Shown here piece after piece: positions 16,760 to 34,064 of a DNA stretch of 64,000 nucleotides (positions are counted from its first letter, which is position 1; each line of letters starts with the position of its first letter). The stretch is from the NCBI RefSeq assembly GCF_009914755.1, contig NC_060939.1; one strand, 5' to 3'. Made by a program: the position numbers and the translations under genes. The notes beneath the pieces were generated by a model that was not told where the DNA came from, did not search any database, and was given only the letters and a program-made list of their open reading frames with translations. The DNA comes from the human T2T-CHM13v2.0 reference genome, Homo sapiens.

Positions 16760-17626
16760 GGGATCCACAAGAAAAAAATACTATTTGTTCTTAGTATAAG
16801 GAATAGGTGTACTTGATGTGCACATTGTTTTGTTTTTGGATACTTCCCAATTATCCAAAGTGGCATTGTCATTTACTCTGCCTTGACAGACAGAATGCTC
16901 AGAGCCAATCTAATTCATGGGCCAAGTCTAGCAAAAGTAAAAGGTTTTTCAACAGAATTTCACATTCTAACCTCATTTCAGGCTTTTATCCTCCCTCCTA
17001 TCTCACTTTTTGAATCCTCTTTTCCTTATCTGCTTATTTAAAATGTTATTTTATGCTGTTGTATTCAACATGTTTATGTACAGCTATGTAAAATAAACCT
17101 TATGTGAAAAAATGGGCATATACATAATTAAATACATATACAAATATACTGTCCATTCTTTTAATACTAACAAAAACTTTAAACATGTGACAACCAGTAT
17201 GAACTGACCTATGTGCTTTGCCATACCTTTCAGTTATCCCTTCCTTGAAACAGCCTAACAACCGAGACACTGCTATTAACCTGGTATCTCCATTGGAAAG
17301 AACTGTCCTTAGGAAGACCATGGGATGAAGATTCAGGACTAGTTCTAGTTTAAATTTTTCAGACTACATATGTAGTTTCCGGCAACTCACTTTCCAATTG
17401 GGTCTCAACTTTTTCATTTGTAAAAGTGAGGAGTTTCAAAAAATTTAATTTATATTCAAATTATGTCCTTTATTTTAGATTATATGAATTAAGACATGAG
17501 GAGATAGATCAAATTAATCTACCTCTATTAAGCAGGAAAAAAACCACAAATATTTCTCCAGCCTAAATCAGCTATTTGCCATTTATTCATTTATTCACAC
17601 ATTTCTTTAAGAAATATCTCTTGTAG

Positions 17627-18369
17627 TAAGACAGAACAGAGACCCCTCTTAGGGGCCTGCTGGGACACCTCAAGCATGAAAATAAGGGAAAAGGCTTGAG
17701 TCCCTTCAAGAGAAATTCCAGGCATATAGCTAGCCTCGAGAAGTAAATCAGCAACTCAATAAGCAAGAAGGACAAGATGTTTGGTTCCCTATAGAAACTA
17801 AAGATGACACATGTCCCTGAGTTGTTTTTCAGAAACCCAGACCCCCATCAGATGGAAAAGGCCAACCACAGTCACACAGACTTCAGATAAAGGGAATATG
17901 AAATCTGATTGCTCTTCTTTGTTCTAAATTTTTTCCTGACGGGCCTGGAGAGAGTAATGCCCACAGGTCAAACCTCAACATTCCCTTCTGATGACCCCAA
18001 GTTTTTAAACAAAGCCTTGACTTCCTTAAGCAATTGCAAATCAAAGAATCTCTGAATCCACCTATGACCTGTGAGCCCCCACTTCAAGATAGCCTGCCAT
18101 TTTGGGCCAAACCAATGTATTAATATAACCTCCAAGTATTGATTTACAATTTTGACTGTAACTTCTGCTTTCCTAAAAAGAGGTGTCTCTGCTTTTAAGA
18201 GCCCTTGCTTATAGGCCATTGGGGAGGCCAGCTCTTAAGGATTAGCTGCCCAATTCTCCTTGCTTGGCACCCTGCAAATAAATGCCCTCCTTACTCTTAC
18301 TGCAAACGTTGGTGTGGGTATTTGGCTTTACTGTGCCAGGCAAGCAGACCCACATGTGGTTTAGTAACA
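17627..18369 (+). mobile_element. ERV1-class solo LTR (MER72/MER34/MER39-like)
   Basis: About 743 bp, ending ...gtaaCA, with a 4-bp TSD GTAG at 17623-26 and 18370-73 and AATAAA at 18277-82. The subfamily name is uncertain. Confidence 0.8.
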
Positions 18370-18577
18370 GTAGACAACGAGAAAAACACTGCAAGTTTCA
18401 AGACAAGTAAAGAATACAGCCTTTAACAGTCAATTATGACCAAATGAGATGATAAAACATATTACAGGTCATACTTGTGGAAAAATTCAACATCTATTAT
18501 AAATTTAATATGAGATAAAGGGGCAAATATATTGCATCAGAAATGAAACTTCTAGGATGCAAAAGAGACTGTGAACT

Positions 18578-18745
18578 GAACACCATCAGAAACTTCATTT
18601 GCAAGAAACTAACAGAATTTATGGAGGGCTTGAATTAGTACCTTGGAGAAGGATTGAGTTCTAGTAAAACATAATCTAAGAATCAATTTTATTTTTTAAA
18701 TAATTGGTGCCACTATACTACAGTGGAATGTGCATGGGGAAGGAC
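18578..18745 (+). repeat. 168-bp interspersed duplicate, copy A (probably the inserted copy)
   Basis: Identical to 20139-20306 except for 4 substitutions. Flanked by 20-bp direct repeats at 18554-18573 and 18769-18788. Confidence 0.95.
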
Positions 18746-20138
18746 CTGCAAAAGATGTCTGTGCGATGAGGATGCAAAAGAGACTGTGCAATGAGGTAGT
18801 CAGTGAAGTCTTACTTAAAAACTGATTAGATTTGCATGGGTTCAAACATGGAAAATGAATTCAGGCAGTGGAGTGTATATAAAAGTGAGGTTGAGTAACA
18901 AGGCAAGACAATGAACAGACCACCCTGAGTGTCCTTACTTTAAGAACGTGAAGAAGACAAAGAGCAAAGGACATTAAGATGGAGTGGTTATCCAAGTGTA
19001 AGAAGCTTTTAAAAATGCATCTGTCAAGAAATAATGCGTTGAACTCAAATCTTTGAGGATGATTGAAATAACTGGTGGGTAATTATAAGTTCATTTAAAT
19101 ATTATAGTTGCTTAATGAATGACATGAGTGATGTGGCTTTACCCCTTAAGTCATAAGCTCTTAATGAGCCTAATTATTTCAAATGGTCATAGACTTAATT
19201 TCCCCACAGATTATTTGTAATGGAGAAAGGTAACATGATAGTCTATTGGAAGATTTTGAATTGGAAGAGAGAATTTTGAAATGTTTGCCAAGGGCTTGCT
19301 TGAAACTTTTTGTTAACTGAGTGTAGTTTTTTGTAATAGCAACAGGAATGGACCAATCCTACCACTATGAAAATCATGAAGAAAAGAGGAGCAAAGGAGT
19401 ACATAGTTACCTGTTACTGTAGAAGTATAAAGTGGAGTATTTTTAATTTAAACATTTAAAACCTTGAAATAATGCAATCAAAGTGATAACAAAATTTATG
19501 TTTTGGTGAGTGAGGTCAGTGTATGTACACTTTATTTGAAATGCAGGTTTCTTTCAAAATGTGGGGAGAGGGCTCAAATGTGAAAGAGAGAAAACTTTCA
19601 TGAGAGTTCAATGTGTTTTCCTCTTAGTGTAAATGGAGGGTGCTGTGGTTCACCCATATCATTTCCTCTTTGTTTGGAGCCATTGTGCTCTAATGGGAAA
19701 AATGCTAGCAGAAGTCTTAATGACGTAGTGTCAGTTCCCTACCCTTTCACTAAAATATTTCCATCGGAATGTTTACTGTAAGTCAGACTTCTGCACTGAA
19801 CAAAAAACTAAAATTTAATTCCATTATTTTAAAAAATAAATTATAGGCTCTCAAATTTTTTCCACAGGTGGGTTCCCAATCTTCACCACTAACAATATGC
19901 CTTAAAATAAGTCCATATACCAAGATCAAATCTGCAAAATTTTGTTCTGTTGTTAATTAAACCAAGTCCTTTCTCAGTGAATGAGAAATTAACAGTTAAA
20001 ATGAATGAATACAATAAGGATTGGCTCTTACAAGGCTGGTCATTCCAAATTCTTTGATCTGGCTACCACCAAGCTCCTACCCTGACTACTGCGACTAACT
20101 GAATCCAAACTTAATCAAATCAATCACACCAAAAGAAG

Positions 20139-20306
20139 GAACACCATCAGAAACTTCATTTGCAAGAAACAAACAGAATTTATGGAGGGCTTGAATTAGT
20201 ACCTTGGAGAAGGACTGAGTTCTAGTAAAACATAATCTAAGAACCAATTTTATTTTTTAAATAATTGGTGCCACTATACTATAGTGGAATGTGCATGGGG
20301 AAGGAC
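20139..20306 (+). repeat. 168-bp interspersed duplicate, copy B (probably the donor)
   Basis: Offset 1561 bp from copy A in the same orientation, with no flanking repeats. Confidence 0.95.
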
Positions 20307-20317
20307 AGACTGGTATA

Positions 20318-20475
20318 CAGGAGTGTTCTTTAAATGTCAAACAGCATAAGAAACACTTGAGAATCTTTTTAAAATGCATCCCTTTTTTGGATTAATTAGG
20401 TCTGGGGCCCAATAACATCACAGGTATTGGTGATGATACTGATCTGTGGAATCACCTTTGAGTAACAAGGGGATA
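20318..20475. mobile_element. MER5-like hAT MITE
   Basis: Motifs agcataagaaacacttgagaatctttttaaaatgca...gtctggggccca...cacctttgagtaacaagg. Confidence 0.6.
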
Positions 20476-22484
20476 GAGAACACAGAGCTAGAACAGTCCT
20501 TCTCTAATGATTTGACTTTGAAGCTTTCCCCCCAGCTGTAAAATGATACCATCAACACCAGTTCATAGGATAATTGGAGGAGTAAATGAAGATATATTTG
20601 TGAAATGCTAGGAAAAGCTGACCTTAGGTAGGAGCAAAAAAGGGAAAGCAGAGAATATGGTACATAGTGCTGGTAATTGGGTAGATGTGGTGGTGGGAAT
20701 TTGTGGAGGTTCTCATTGCTTTAAATTTCTAATTGAAGTAGAAAACAAAGTCACCATCTGAGATTGAAGATGGGGAGGTAGTGCTGGAGAGTTGAAGAGA
20801 AATAAAGGTGGAAGTAGTTGTCTAGGTGCATGGGAGAAATAAAGTAATAGGGAATGCAGTAGGATTGTCTGACAGAATTAAGGCCGATTTGAGTTATATA
20901 ATTATGAATTTAAAATGAGACTATTCGGCATGGTTGTATAATTTCTGTATACAGTTAGCTGCACAAATTCAGGTGTGGAGAATTATCTTTAATTAGGTTT
21001 GCGGCTTTTTCAGTGAACTGAAAAGGAAGAATTGCAAAAGAGTTGAAGGTGAGTGCAAATAAATAACTATAATGATTAGCCATGTTTAATTTAGGTAAGG
21101 AAGAAAGGACTTCAGTGAGTTAGGAGCAGTAGGAAGGTAATAAAGTCTATATATTGCTGAGATTTCATTTATGACAGTATGTGGAAAATGTTTGTAATTG
21201 TTCCATTTGTACCTTCACTTGAAAAGAATGTATAGTCTTGACTGTTGAATGCAGTGTCTAATACACACACACAAACACACACACGCATGCCAAACTTACA
21301 AATGTTCTCCTAATAAATATTCTTTAACAATTCTTTGTCAGAGTTAACTACTGTTATTTAAGAGAGGAGGATTAAAATATTATATTGTTGTTACGGATTT
21401 GTCAGTTAATCCATGAGAGTCTGAACATTTTTGCTTTATATATTTCTAGCCAATATTTTTGGTACACACATATTAATACTTACCAATGTCTTCTTCCTTA
21501 AATTTTAATTTATTCTATATGAATATTACCATGTTAGCTTTCTTTTGGTAAATAGTTACATGGTATTTTCTTTTTCTATTGCTTTGTTTTCAACTTTTCT
21601 AGGGGGTTTTAAGGTTTTTTTTGTAAGAAGAATAAAGATGGTTTAAAAAAATCACTTTTGCTTCTCAGTAAGATATAGTAGTTCTTGTAGGCAATGTTTC
21701 CACTTCAATAATGAGAAAAAAGTAGAGATATTACAAAAATGCTATTTTAAGGACACTGGAAACAACGGGCAAGGGAGAGGCTAAAATTCTAGAGGGAAGA
21801 GTCCTATGTGAGCTGTCACTCTCAGTTATTTTCATCCCTTGAAAGCATCTACGGATTCTGAGTACTGCTGAGAATCAGGGTTAGCATAGGCAGAAGTACA
21901 TTACTATGGAAGAGATGAACCATCAGAACTTTGGACAATTATGCAGGCAGTTATAAAAATTTAAAGCAGCATCACATACATGGCAGCTAATTTTTACCAC
22001 AGGATATTTGCTGAGTTATGTGGTGTTTTGAAAGGCTGAGGCAGGGCTGGGTCAGAAACTTCTGAAGTCTCTATGATGTCTTTTACAGTTCTTACAGCGA
22101 CTACGAGGCAGTCTTGCAAATACCTGGTTGGTCTTCTCATCAAGACATATATTAAATTTTGAAGATGTGTGGTATCGAAGTTTAAAGAGTTAAACTCAAC
22201 ACATTCAAAGGATAGAATTGAATCTCTCTAAATTTTCATGGCTGAGGATTCAGAAACTTCCAGGTTCTTAATTTAAGGCCCATGAATGCCATGTCCAAAG
22301 AACAGAGGAGAACAAAATGTGGGTTAATCTTACCAAAACTGGGGGCGAGGAGCCAAGATGGCCAAATAGGAACAGCTCCGGTCTACAGCTCCCAGCGTGA
22401 GCGACGCAGAAGATGGTGATTTCTGCATTTCCATCTGAGGTACCAGGTTCATCTCACTAGGGAGTGCCAGACAGTGGGCGCAGG

Positions 22485-22793
22485 TCAGTGGGTGCGCTCA
22501 CCGTGTGCGAGCCGAAGCAGGGCGAGGCATTGCCTCACTTGGGAAGCGCAAGGGGTCAGGGAGGTCCCTTTCCGAGTCAAAGAAAGGGGTGACGGACGGC
22601 ACCTGGAAAATCGTGTCACTCCCACCTGAATACTGTGCTTTTCTGACGGGCTTAAAAAGCGGCGCACCACGAGATTATATCCCACACCTGGCTCGGAGGG
22701 TCCTACGCCCACGGAGTCTCGCTGATTGCTAGCACAGCAGTCTGAGATCAAACTGCAAGGCGGCAGCGAGGCTGGGGGAGGGGCGCCCGCCAT
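22485..22793 (-). CDS. L1 antisense ORF0, 102-aa open variant
   Basis: MAGAPPPASLPPCSLISDCCASNQRDSVGVGPSEP... matches the primate L1 ORF0 N-terminus and stays open for 102 codons. Antisense donors are at 22687 (CAG|GTGTGG) and 22602 (CAG|GTGCCG). Confidence 0.75.
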   Translation of the reverse strand: MAGAPPPASLPPCSLISDCCASNQRDSVGVGPSEPGVGYNLVVRRFLSPSEKHSIQVGVTRFSRCRPSPLSLTRKGTSLTPCASQVRQCLALLRLAHGERTH

Positions 22794-23248
22794 TGCCCAG
22801 GCTTGATTAGGTAAACAAAGCAGTCGGGAAGCTCGAACTGGGTGGAGCCCACCACAGCTCAAGGAGGCCTGCCTGCCTCTGTAGGCTCCACCTCTGGGGG
22901 CAGGGCACAGACAAACAAAAAGACAACAGTAACCTCTGCAGACTTAAATGTCCCTGTCTGACAGCTTTGAAGAGAGCAGTGGTTCTCCCAGCACCCAGCT
23001 GGAGATCTGAGAACGGGCAGACTGCCTCCTCAAGTGGGTCCCTGACCCCTGACCCCCGAGCAGCCTAACTGGGAGGCACCCCCCAGCAGGGGCACACTGA
23101 CACCTCACACGGCAGGGTATTCCAACAGACCTGCAGCTGAGGGTCCTGTCTGTTAGAAGGAAAACTAACAAACAGAAAGGACATCCACACCAAAAACCCA
23201 TCTGTACATCACCATTATCAAAGACCAAAAGTAGATAAAACCACAAAG

Positions 23249-24265
23249 ATGGGGAAAAAACAGAACAGAAAAACTGGAAACTCTAAAAAGCAGAGCGCCT
23301 CTCCTCCTTCAAAGGAACGCAGTTCCCCACCAGCAACAGAACAAAGCTGGATGGAGAATGATTTTGACGAGCTGAGAGAAGAAGGCTTCAGATGATCAAA
23401 TTACTCTGAGCTACGGGAGGACATTCAAACCAAAGGCAAAGAAGTTGAAAACCTTGAAAAAAATTTAGAAGAATGTATAATTAGAATAACGAATACAGAG
23501 AAGTGCTTAAAGGAGCTGATGGAGCTGAACACCAAGGCTTGAGAACAACGTGAAGAATGCAGAAGCCTCAGGAGCCGACGCGATCAACTGGAAGAAAGGG
23601 TATCAGCCATGGAAGATGAAATGAATGAAATGAAGCAAGAAGGGAAGTTTAGAGAAAAAAGAATAAAAGGAAATGAGCAAAGCCTCCAAGAAATATGGGG
23701 GCTATGTGAAAAGACCAAATCTACGTCTGACTGGTGTACCTGAAAGTGATGGGGAGAATGGAACCAAGTTGGAAAACACTCTGCAGGATATTATCCAGGA
23801 GAACTTCCCCAATCTAGCAAGGCAGGCCAACGTTCAGATTCAGGAAATACAGAGAACACCACAAAGATACTCCTCGAGAAGAGCAACTCCAAGACACATA
23901 ATTGTCAGATTCACCAAAGTTGAAATGAAGGAAAAAATGTTAAGGGCAGCTAGAGAGAAAGGTCGGGTCACCCTCAAAGGGAAGTCCATCAGACTAACAG
24001 CGGATCTCTTGGCAGAAACCCTACAAGCCAGAAGAGAGTGGGGGCCAATATTCAAAATTTTAAAGAAAAGAATTTTCAACCCAGAATTTCATATCCAGCC
24101 AAACTAAGCTTCATAAGTGAAGGAGAAATAAAATACTTTACAGACAAGCAAATGCTGAGACATTTTGTCACCACCAGGCCTGCCCTAAAAGAGCTCCTGA
24201 AGGAAGTGCTAAACACGGAAAGGAACCACCGGTACCAGCAGCTGCAAAACCATGCCAAAATGTAA
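23249..24265 (+). pseudogene. L1 ORF1p, disrupted
   Basis: ATG GGG AAA AAA CAG at 23249, with in-frame TGA at 23393 and 23540 (CGA>TGA). A +1 shift at ~23700 is compensated by a -1 shift at ~24058. The native stop ends at 24265 (1017 nt). Confidence 0.93.
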
Positions 24266-24313
24266 AGACCATCAAGACTAGGAAGAAACTGCATCAACTA
24301 ACCAGCAAAATAA

Positions 24314-28155
<3,842 letters not shown>

Positions 28156-28599
28156 ACAATGAGATCACATGGACACAGGAAGGGGAATATCACACTCTGG
28201 GGACTGTTGTGGGGTGGGGGGAGGGGGGAGGGATAGCATCGGGAGATATACCTAATGCTAGATGACGAGTTAGTGGGTGCAGCGCACCAGCATGGCACAT
28301 GTATACATATGTAACTAACCTGCACAATGTGCACATGTACCCTAAAACTTAAAGTATAATAAAAAGAAGAAAAAAAAAATCTTACCAAAACTGCATTCCA
28401 GCTCTGATCTAGCTCAACCACTGATTAAATCATAGTCTCAGTCCCTCTTCCTAAATGAGAAAAGGAAGAACCACCTCTGGTGACAAGTAACATCATCTTC
28501 AGACTCTATAGTTCTTTTGTATACAAGCTTGGTGTACAATAAAATACTGCAAGACAAGCAAAGGGCATGATAGAAAGACACAGAGATGATGTGTATATG

Positions 28600-31500
28600 G
28601 CTCTTCTTTGTTTTTGCAGAGAAAGGGCTATTTGGGCTCTTTTTGGATTCCATATAAATTGTTAGGAAAAGTTTTTCCTAATTCTGTGAAGAATGTCAAT
28701 GTCATTGAATCTATAAATTACTTTGGGCCACATGGCCATTTTCACAATATTGATTCTGTCTATCCATGAGCATGGAAGGTTTTTCCATTTGTTTGTGTCC
28801 TCCAATTTCTTTAAGCAGTCTTTTGTAGTTCTTACTGAAAAGGTCCTTCACTTCCCTTGTTAGCTGTAATTCCTAGGCATTTTATTTTTATTGTAGCAAT
28901 TGTGAGTGGGAATTCATTCACAATTCATGATTTGGTTCTCTATACCTATTGTTTGTATATAGGAATGATAGCAATTTTTGCACATTGATTTTGTATCCTG
29001 GGACTTTGCTGAAGTTGTTTATCAGCTTAAGAAGCTTTTGGACTGAGACAATGGGGTTTTCTAGATATAGGATCATGTCATCTGCACAGAAAGATAATTT
29101 GACTTCCTCTCTTCCTATTCGAATACTCTTTCTTTCTCTTGCCTGATTGCCCTGGCCAGAGCTTCCAATGCTATGTTGAATAGGAGTGGTGAGAGTGGAT
29201 ATCCTTGTGTTGTGCCGATTTTCAATAGGAATGCTTCCAGCTTTTGTCCATTCAGTATGATATTGGCTGTGGGTCTGTCATATATGGCTCTTATTTCGAG
29301 GTATGTTCCTTCAATACCTAGTTTATTGAGAGTTTTTAACTTGAAAGCATGTTGAATTTTATTGAAGGCCTTTTTTCTGCATCTATTGAGATAATCATGT
29401 GGTTTTTGTCTTTAGTTCTGTTTATGTGACGAATCACATTTACTGATTTGTGTATGTTGAACCAACCTTGCATCCCAGGGATGAAACCAACTTGATCATG
29501 GTGGATAAGCTTTTGGATGTGCTGCTCGATTTAGTTTGCCAGTATTTGGTTGAGGATTTTTGCATCTATGTTCATCAAGGGTATTGGCCTGAAGTTGTAT
29601 CTCTACCAGGTCTTGGTATCAGGATGATGCTGGCCTCACAGAATGAGCTAGGGAGGGGTCCCTCCTTTGCAATTTTTTGGAATAGTTTCAGTAGAAATGG
29701 TCCAGCTTTTCTTTGTACCTTTTGGTAGAATTCAGCTATGAATCTGGTCCTGCATTTTTATTGGTTGGTAGGCTATTTATTATCGCCTCAATTTCAGAAC
29801 ATGTTATTGATCTATTCAGGGATTCAATTTCTTCCTGGTTCAGTCTTGGGAGTGTGTATGTGTCCAGGAATTTATCCATTCCTTCTAGATTTTCTAGTTT
29901 ATGTGCACAGAGGTGTTTATAGTATTCTCTGATGGTTGTTTGTATTTCTGTGAGCTAGGGGTAATATCCCCTTTGTCTTTTGTGATTGTGTTTGTTTGGA
30001 TCTTCTCTCTTTTCTTTATTGGTCTAGCTAGCAGTCTATCTAGTTTATTAATTTTTTTCAAAAAAAAACTGCTAGATTCACTGATCTTTTGAATGTTTTT
30101 TCGTGTCTTAATCTCCTTCAGTTTAGCTCTGATTTTGGTTATTTCTTGTTTTCTGCTAGCTTTGGGGTTGGTTTTCTCTTGGTTCTCTAGTTCTTTTAGT
30201 TGTGATGTTAGGTTGTTAACTTGAGATCTTTTTATCTGTTTTATGTGGGCATTTAGTCCTATACATTTCCCTCTTAACACTGCCGTAGCTGTGTCCCAGA
30301 GATTCTGGTATGTTGCATCTTTGTTCTCATTAATTTCAAAGAACTTCTTAATTTCTTCCTTAATTTCATTATTTACCCAAAAGTTATTTGGGAGCAGGTT
30401 ATTCAATTTCCATGTAATTGTATGATTTTGAATGCATTTCTTATTCTTGATTTCTAACTGTATTGTGCTGTGTGTGGTCCAAGAGACTGGTTGTTATGAT
30501 TTGAGTTCTGCATTTGCTGAGGAATGTTCTGTGTTCAATTATATGATCAATTTTAGAGTATATACCATGTGGCAATGAAAAGAATGTGTATTCTCTTGTT
30601 TTGGGTGGAGAGTTCTGTAAATATCTATCAGGTCCATTTGATCCAGTGCTGAGTTCAGTTCTTGAGTATCTTTGTTAATTTTCTGCCTCAATGATCTGTA
30701 TTAATACTGTCAGTGGGGTGTTAAAGTCCCCCACTATTACTGTATGAGAGTCTAAGTCTCTTTGAAGGTCTCTAAGAAGTTGCTTTATGAATCTGGGTAC
30801 TCCTGTGTTGGGTGCATATATATTTAGGATAGTTAGGTCTTCTTACTGAATTGAACCCTTTATCATTATGTAACACCCTTCCTTGTCTTTTTTTTATGTT
30901 TGTTGGTTTAAAGTTTGTTTTGTCTGACATTAGGATTGCAACTCCTTTTTTTTTCACTTTTCCATTTTCCTGGTAGTTTTTTCTCCATCCCTTTACTTTA
31001 AGACTATGGGTGTCATTGCATGTGAGATGCATCTCTTGAAGACAGTATACCAATGGGTCTTGGTTCTTTATCCAGCTTGCCACTCTATGTCTTCTAATTG
31101 GGGTATTTATCCCATTTACATTCATGGTTAGTATTATTGTGTGTAGATTTGATCCTGTCATCATGATGTTAGCTGGTTCGTATGGGCGCTTGTTTATGTG
31201 GTTGTTTTATAGTGTCACTGATCTGTGTGTTTTTGTAGTGGCTGGCAATGGTTTTTCCCGTCCATATTTAGTGCTTCCTTCAGGAGCTCTTGTAAGGCAG
31301 TTCTGGTGGTAACTAATTCCCACAGCATTTGCTTGTCTGAAAAGGATATTATTTCTCCCTCACTTATGGAGCTAGTTTGATGAGAAATGAAATTCTGGGT
31401 TGGAATTCACTTTCTTTAATAATGTTGAATATTGGCCCCCAATCTCTTCTGGCTTGTAGGGTTTCTGCTGAGAAGCCCTCTGTTAGTCTTATGGGCTTCC

Positions 31501-33894
31501 CTTTGTAGGTGACCTGATCTTTCTCTCTAGCTGCCTTTAACATTTTTTCTTTCATTTCAACCTTAGAGAATCTGATGATTATGTGTCTTGGGATGATCTT
31601 CTTGTGTGAAATATCTTACTGGGGTTCTCTGCCTTCCCAAATTTGAATGTTGACCTCTTTAGCTAAGTAGAGGAAGTTCTTATGAATGATATCCTGAAAT
31701 ATGTTTTCCAACTTGCTTGTACTCACCCCATCTCTTTTGGGGACACCAATGAGTCATAGAGTTGGTTTCTTTAAATAATCCCATATTTCTCAGAGATTTT
31801 GTTTGTTGCTTTTTATTCTTTTTTCTCTATTCTTGTCCAACTGTCTTATTTCAGAAAGCCAGTCTTCAAGCTCTGAGATGCTTTCTTCAATGTGGTCTAT
31901 TCTGTTATTAACACTTGTGATCACATTGTAAAATTATTGTAGCATGTTTTTCAGCTCTATCAGGTTGATTATGTTCCTTTCTATAGTGGCTATTCTGTCT
32001 GTCAGCTTTTACATCATTTTATTTTAGCTTCCTTAGATTGGGTTTCAATGTACTCCTGCATCTCAATGATCTTCATTTCTATCCATATTCTGAATTCTAT
32101 TTCTGTCATTTCAGCCATCTCAGCCTGGTTCAGAACCCTTGCTGGAGAAGTGATGCAGTCATTTGGAGCAAAGAAGGCACTCTGGCTTTTTGAGTTGTCA
32201 GGGTTCTTGAGCTGGTTCTTTCTCATTTTTGTGGGCTTATGTTCCTTCAGTCTTTGAAGTGCTGACCTTTGAATGGTTATTTCTTTTATCCTATGTGATG
32301 ACCCGGAAGGTTTGATTGTGGTATAAGGTAGATTTAACCAACTGGCTTCATTTCTGGAAGATTCCAGGGGGCCAACGCTCAGCTCCCAACTCCTGGACTG
32401 CGAGCTCTAACTCTGAGGGACTTGTATTGGGCCCTGACTTTGTTCTCTGGCTCCGCAAGGTTAGAAATCCACTGTCCTGGGGGAGCTGAGTTGCTCCCAG
32501 ACCACTGGTCACTGCATTCTGATGGGTGGTGTCGGTCAAAGCTTTTCATAGCGCAGTGACAGCAGGATCCATTTTTGTTCACACATGCCAGCAGCAGCAG
32601 CAGCAGCAATAGAAATGTGGTGGGGTGCACACTCGTTGGCTGAAGCAGGGTGCTACTGGATGCCAGGGTTCCTGTTTTCATATGGGCATTCATCACAGTG
32701 GCAGAGGCAATATGGCTCCAGGACTGATGGGTTGGGGGGCATCCCTGCTGGTGACTGCAGGCGGTTGCACTGTTGATAGTGTTGGCACGGTGTTGGGGCG
32801 CTGGAGGGCACAGGACTATGTGTGATTTATGCACTGCAGGCAGGCGTGATCACTCAGGGTGGGGGAGGGTCTGCTGTTCTCCATGCTTAGCTTCACTCCC
32901 ACAGCAGCAGCTTTGGCGGGAGGGTGGGGTGCTGGCCGGGGTGGGGCTGGCTAGCTGGCTAAGTGCCGGCCAAGGCTCCAACTGCAATGATGGTTAGTGG
33001 TGGGGAGTGCCGTGGGGGAGCGGAGTGCACTTCTGACCCAGCAGTGGCAGGGCAGGGTGCATACACAGAGACGTGCACACACACACACACTGGCAGGGCA
33101 AGGAAAGCAAAACCCACCCATACGCATGTGTGCCGGTACATGTTTGGGGTTTGCTGTGGGCCTGAGGGAAGACACAGTGTGGAGAGGGAGCAGGCAGAGC
33201 AGCCGGGCTGGCCATGGGGACTGCCCCACTGGCGCTCTCCACCAGTCAAGCATGATCCACCAGTGCAGGAGTTATGAGGCAGGACCCCAGAACACCCGAG
33301 GATGCCCTGCAAGCAGATGTGGCAAGGCTGGAGGCCCAGGAGAAGCCAGCAGACCAAGAAGTGCTCAGGTTGGACTGGCCCCGTCTGATGGGCAAGACTG
33401 ACCTGCAGAGTTCAGGTCCGACAGTTCTCCTGGGGCTAATGTCTCCTATGGGAGCAAGCCAAGCCTAGGAGGGTGGCTGTCCCTGGCCGTGTTCTGCTAC
33501 ACATGCTCTCATGCCAAACCCTCTGGGCTCCACATCAGCTGGCTTGCTGTCCCTACCACTTTTCTAAGCAGCTCTCCCTGTCAACTTGAGTGTCTGTGGT
33601 GGTTTAGGAGTCTCCTCCTGCACTAAGGCCCATGGTGAGAGCCGGTTGCTCCTTGCCAGTTCAACTGGCCCATTCTCCTTGAGTCGCTGGGAACCAGGAA
33701 TAAGTCCTGGTGCACCACAGCCCAGGGCAGGGTTCCTGGCTTTTTCCCACTTCAGCCCAGCTTCTGTGTTTTCCCTGTGACCACACTTGGTGCCTTCCCT
33801 CTGAAGATCTGTTAGGAATACACCAGTCATCTCAGTCCCTCGGTGGCAGCTGTTCCACCTGGCTTTGTCTAGTCTGCCATCTTGCCCTCTCCCC
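28600..33894 (-). mobile_element. Older primate L1PA (roughly PA8-PA16 era), 5' end intact, 3' end missing, antisense
   Basis: The minus strand begins ggggagagggcaagatggc (YY1-type). It has a ~1.65-kb GC-rich 5' UTR, ORF1 start MRKNQLKNPDNSKSQSA (32226) and ORF2 start MTGSN (~31161). Homology ends near 28600 with no 3' UTR or poly(A). Confidence 0.9.
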
Positions 33895-34064
33895 TATTTT
33901 TAAAATTTTAACACTGAGATTCAAATATATATTTAACTAGTTTCTTTACTCTCCGCTGTTTTGTCCCTCATTCGTACTAATATATATGTATTTAATATAT
34001 ATATTATATTATTATTATATTAATTATATATAGTACTAATATATATATAATATGTATTTATATA

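Noticed and set aside
18554-18795. Repeat-spacer pattern resembling a CRISPR array
   Set aside because: There are only 2-3 irregularly spaced repeats in primate DNA with no cas genes. A repair scar explains it better.
28205-28235. G-quadruplex-like tract
   Set aside because: It is the standard L1 3' UTR G-rich tract and is not specific to this locus.
32348-33940. Dense overlapping ORFs on both strands as a novel gene or CpG-island promoter
   Set aside because: They lie in the GC-rich 5' UTR of the antisense L1, where stops are scarce, and show no exon structure or homology.
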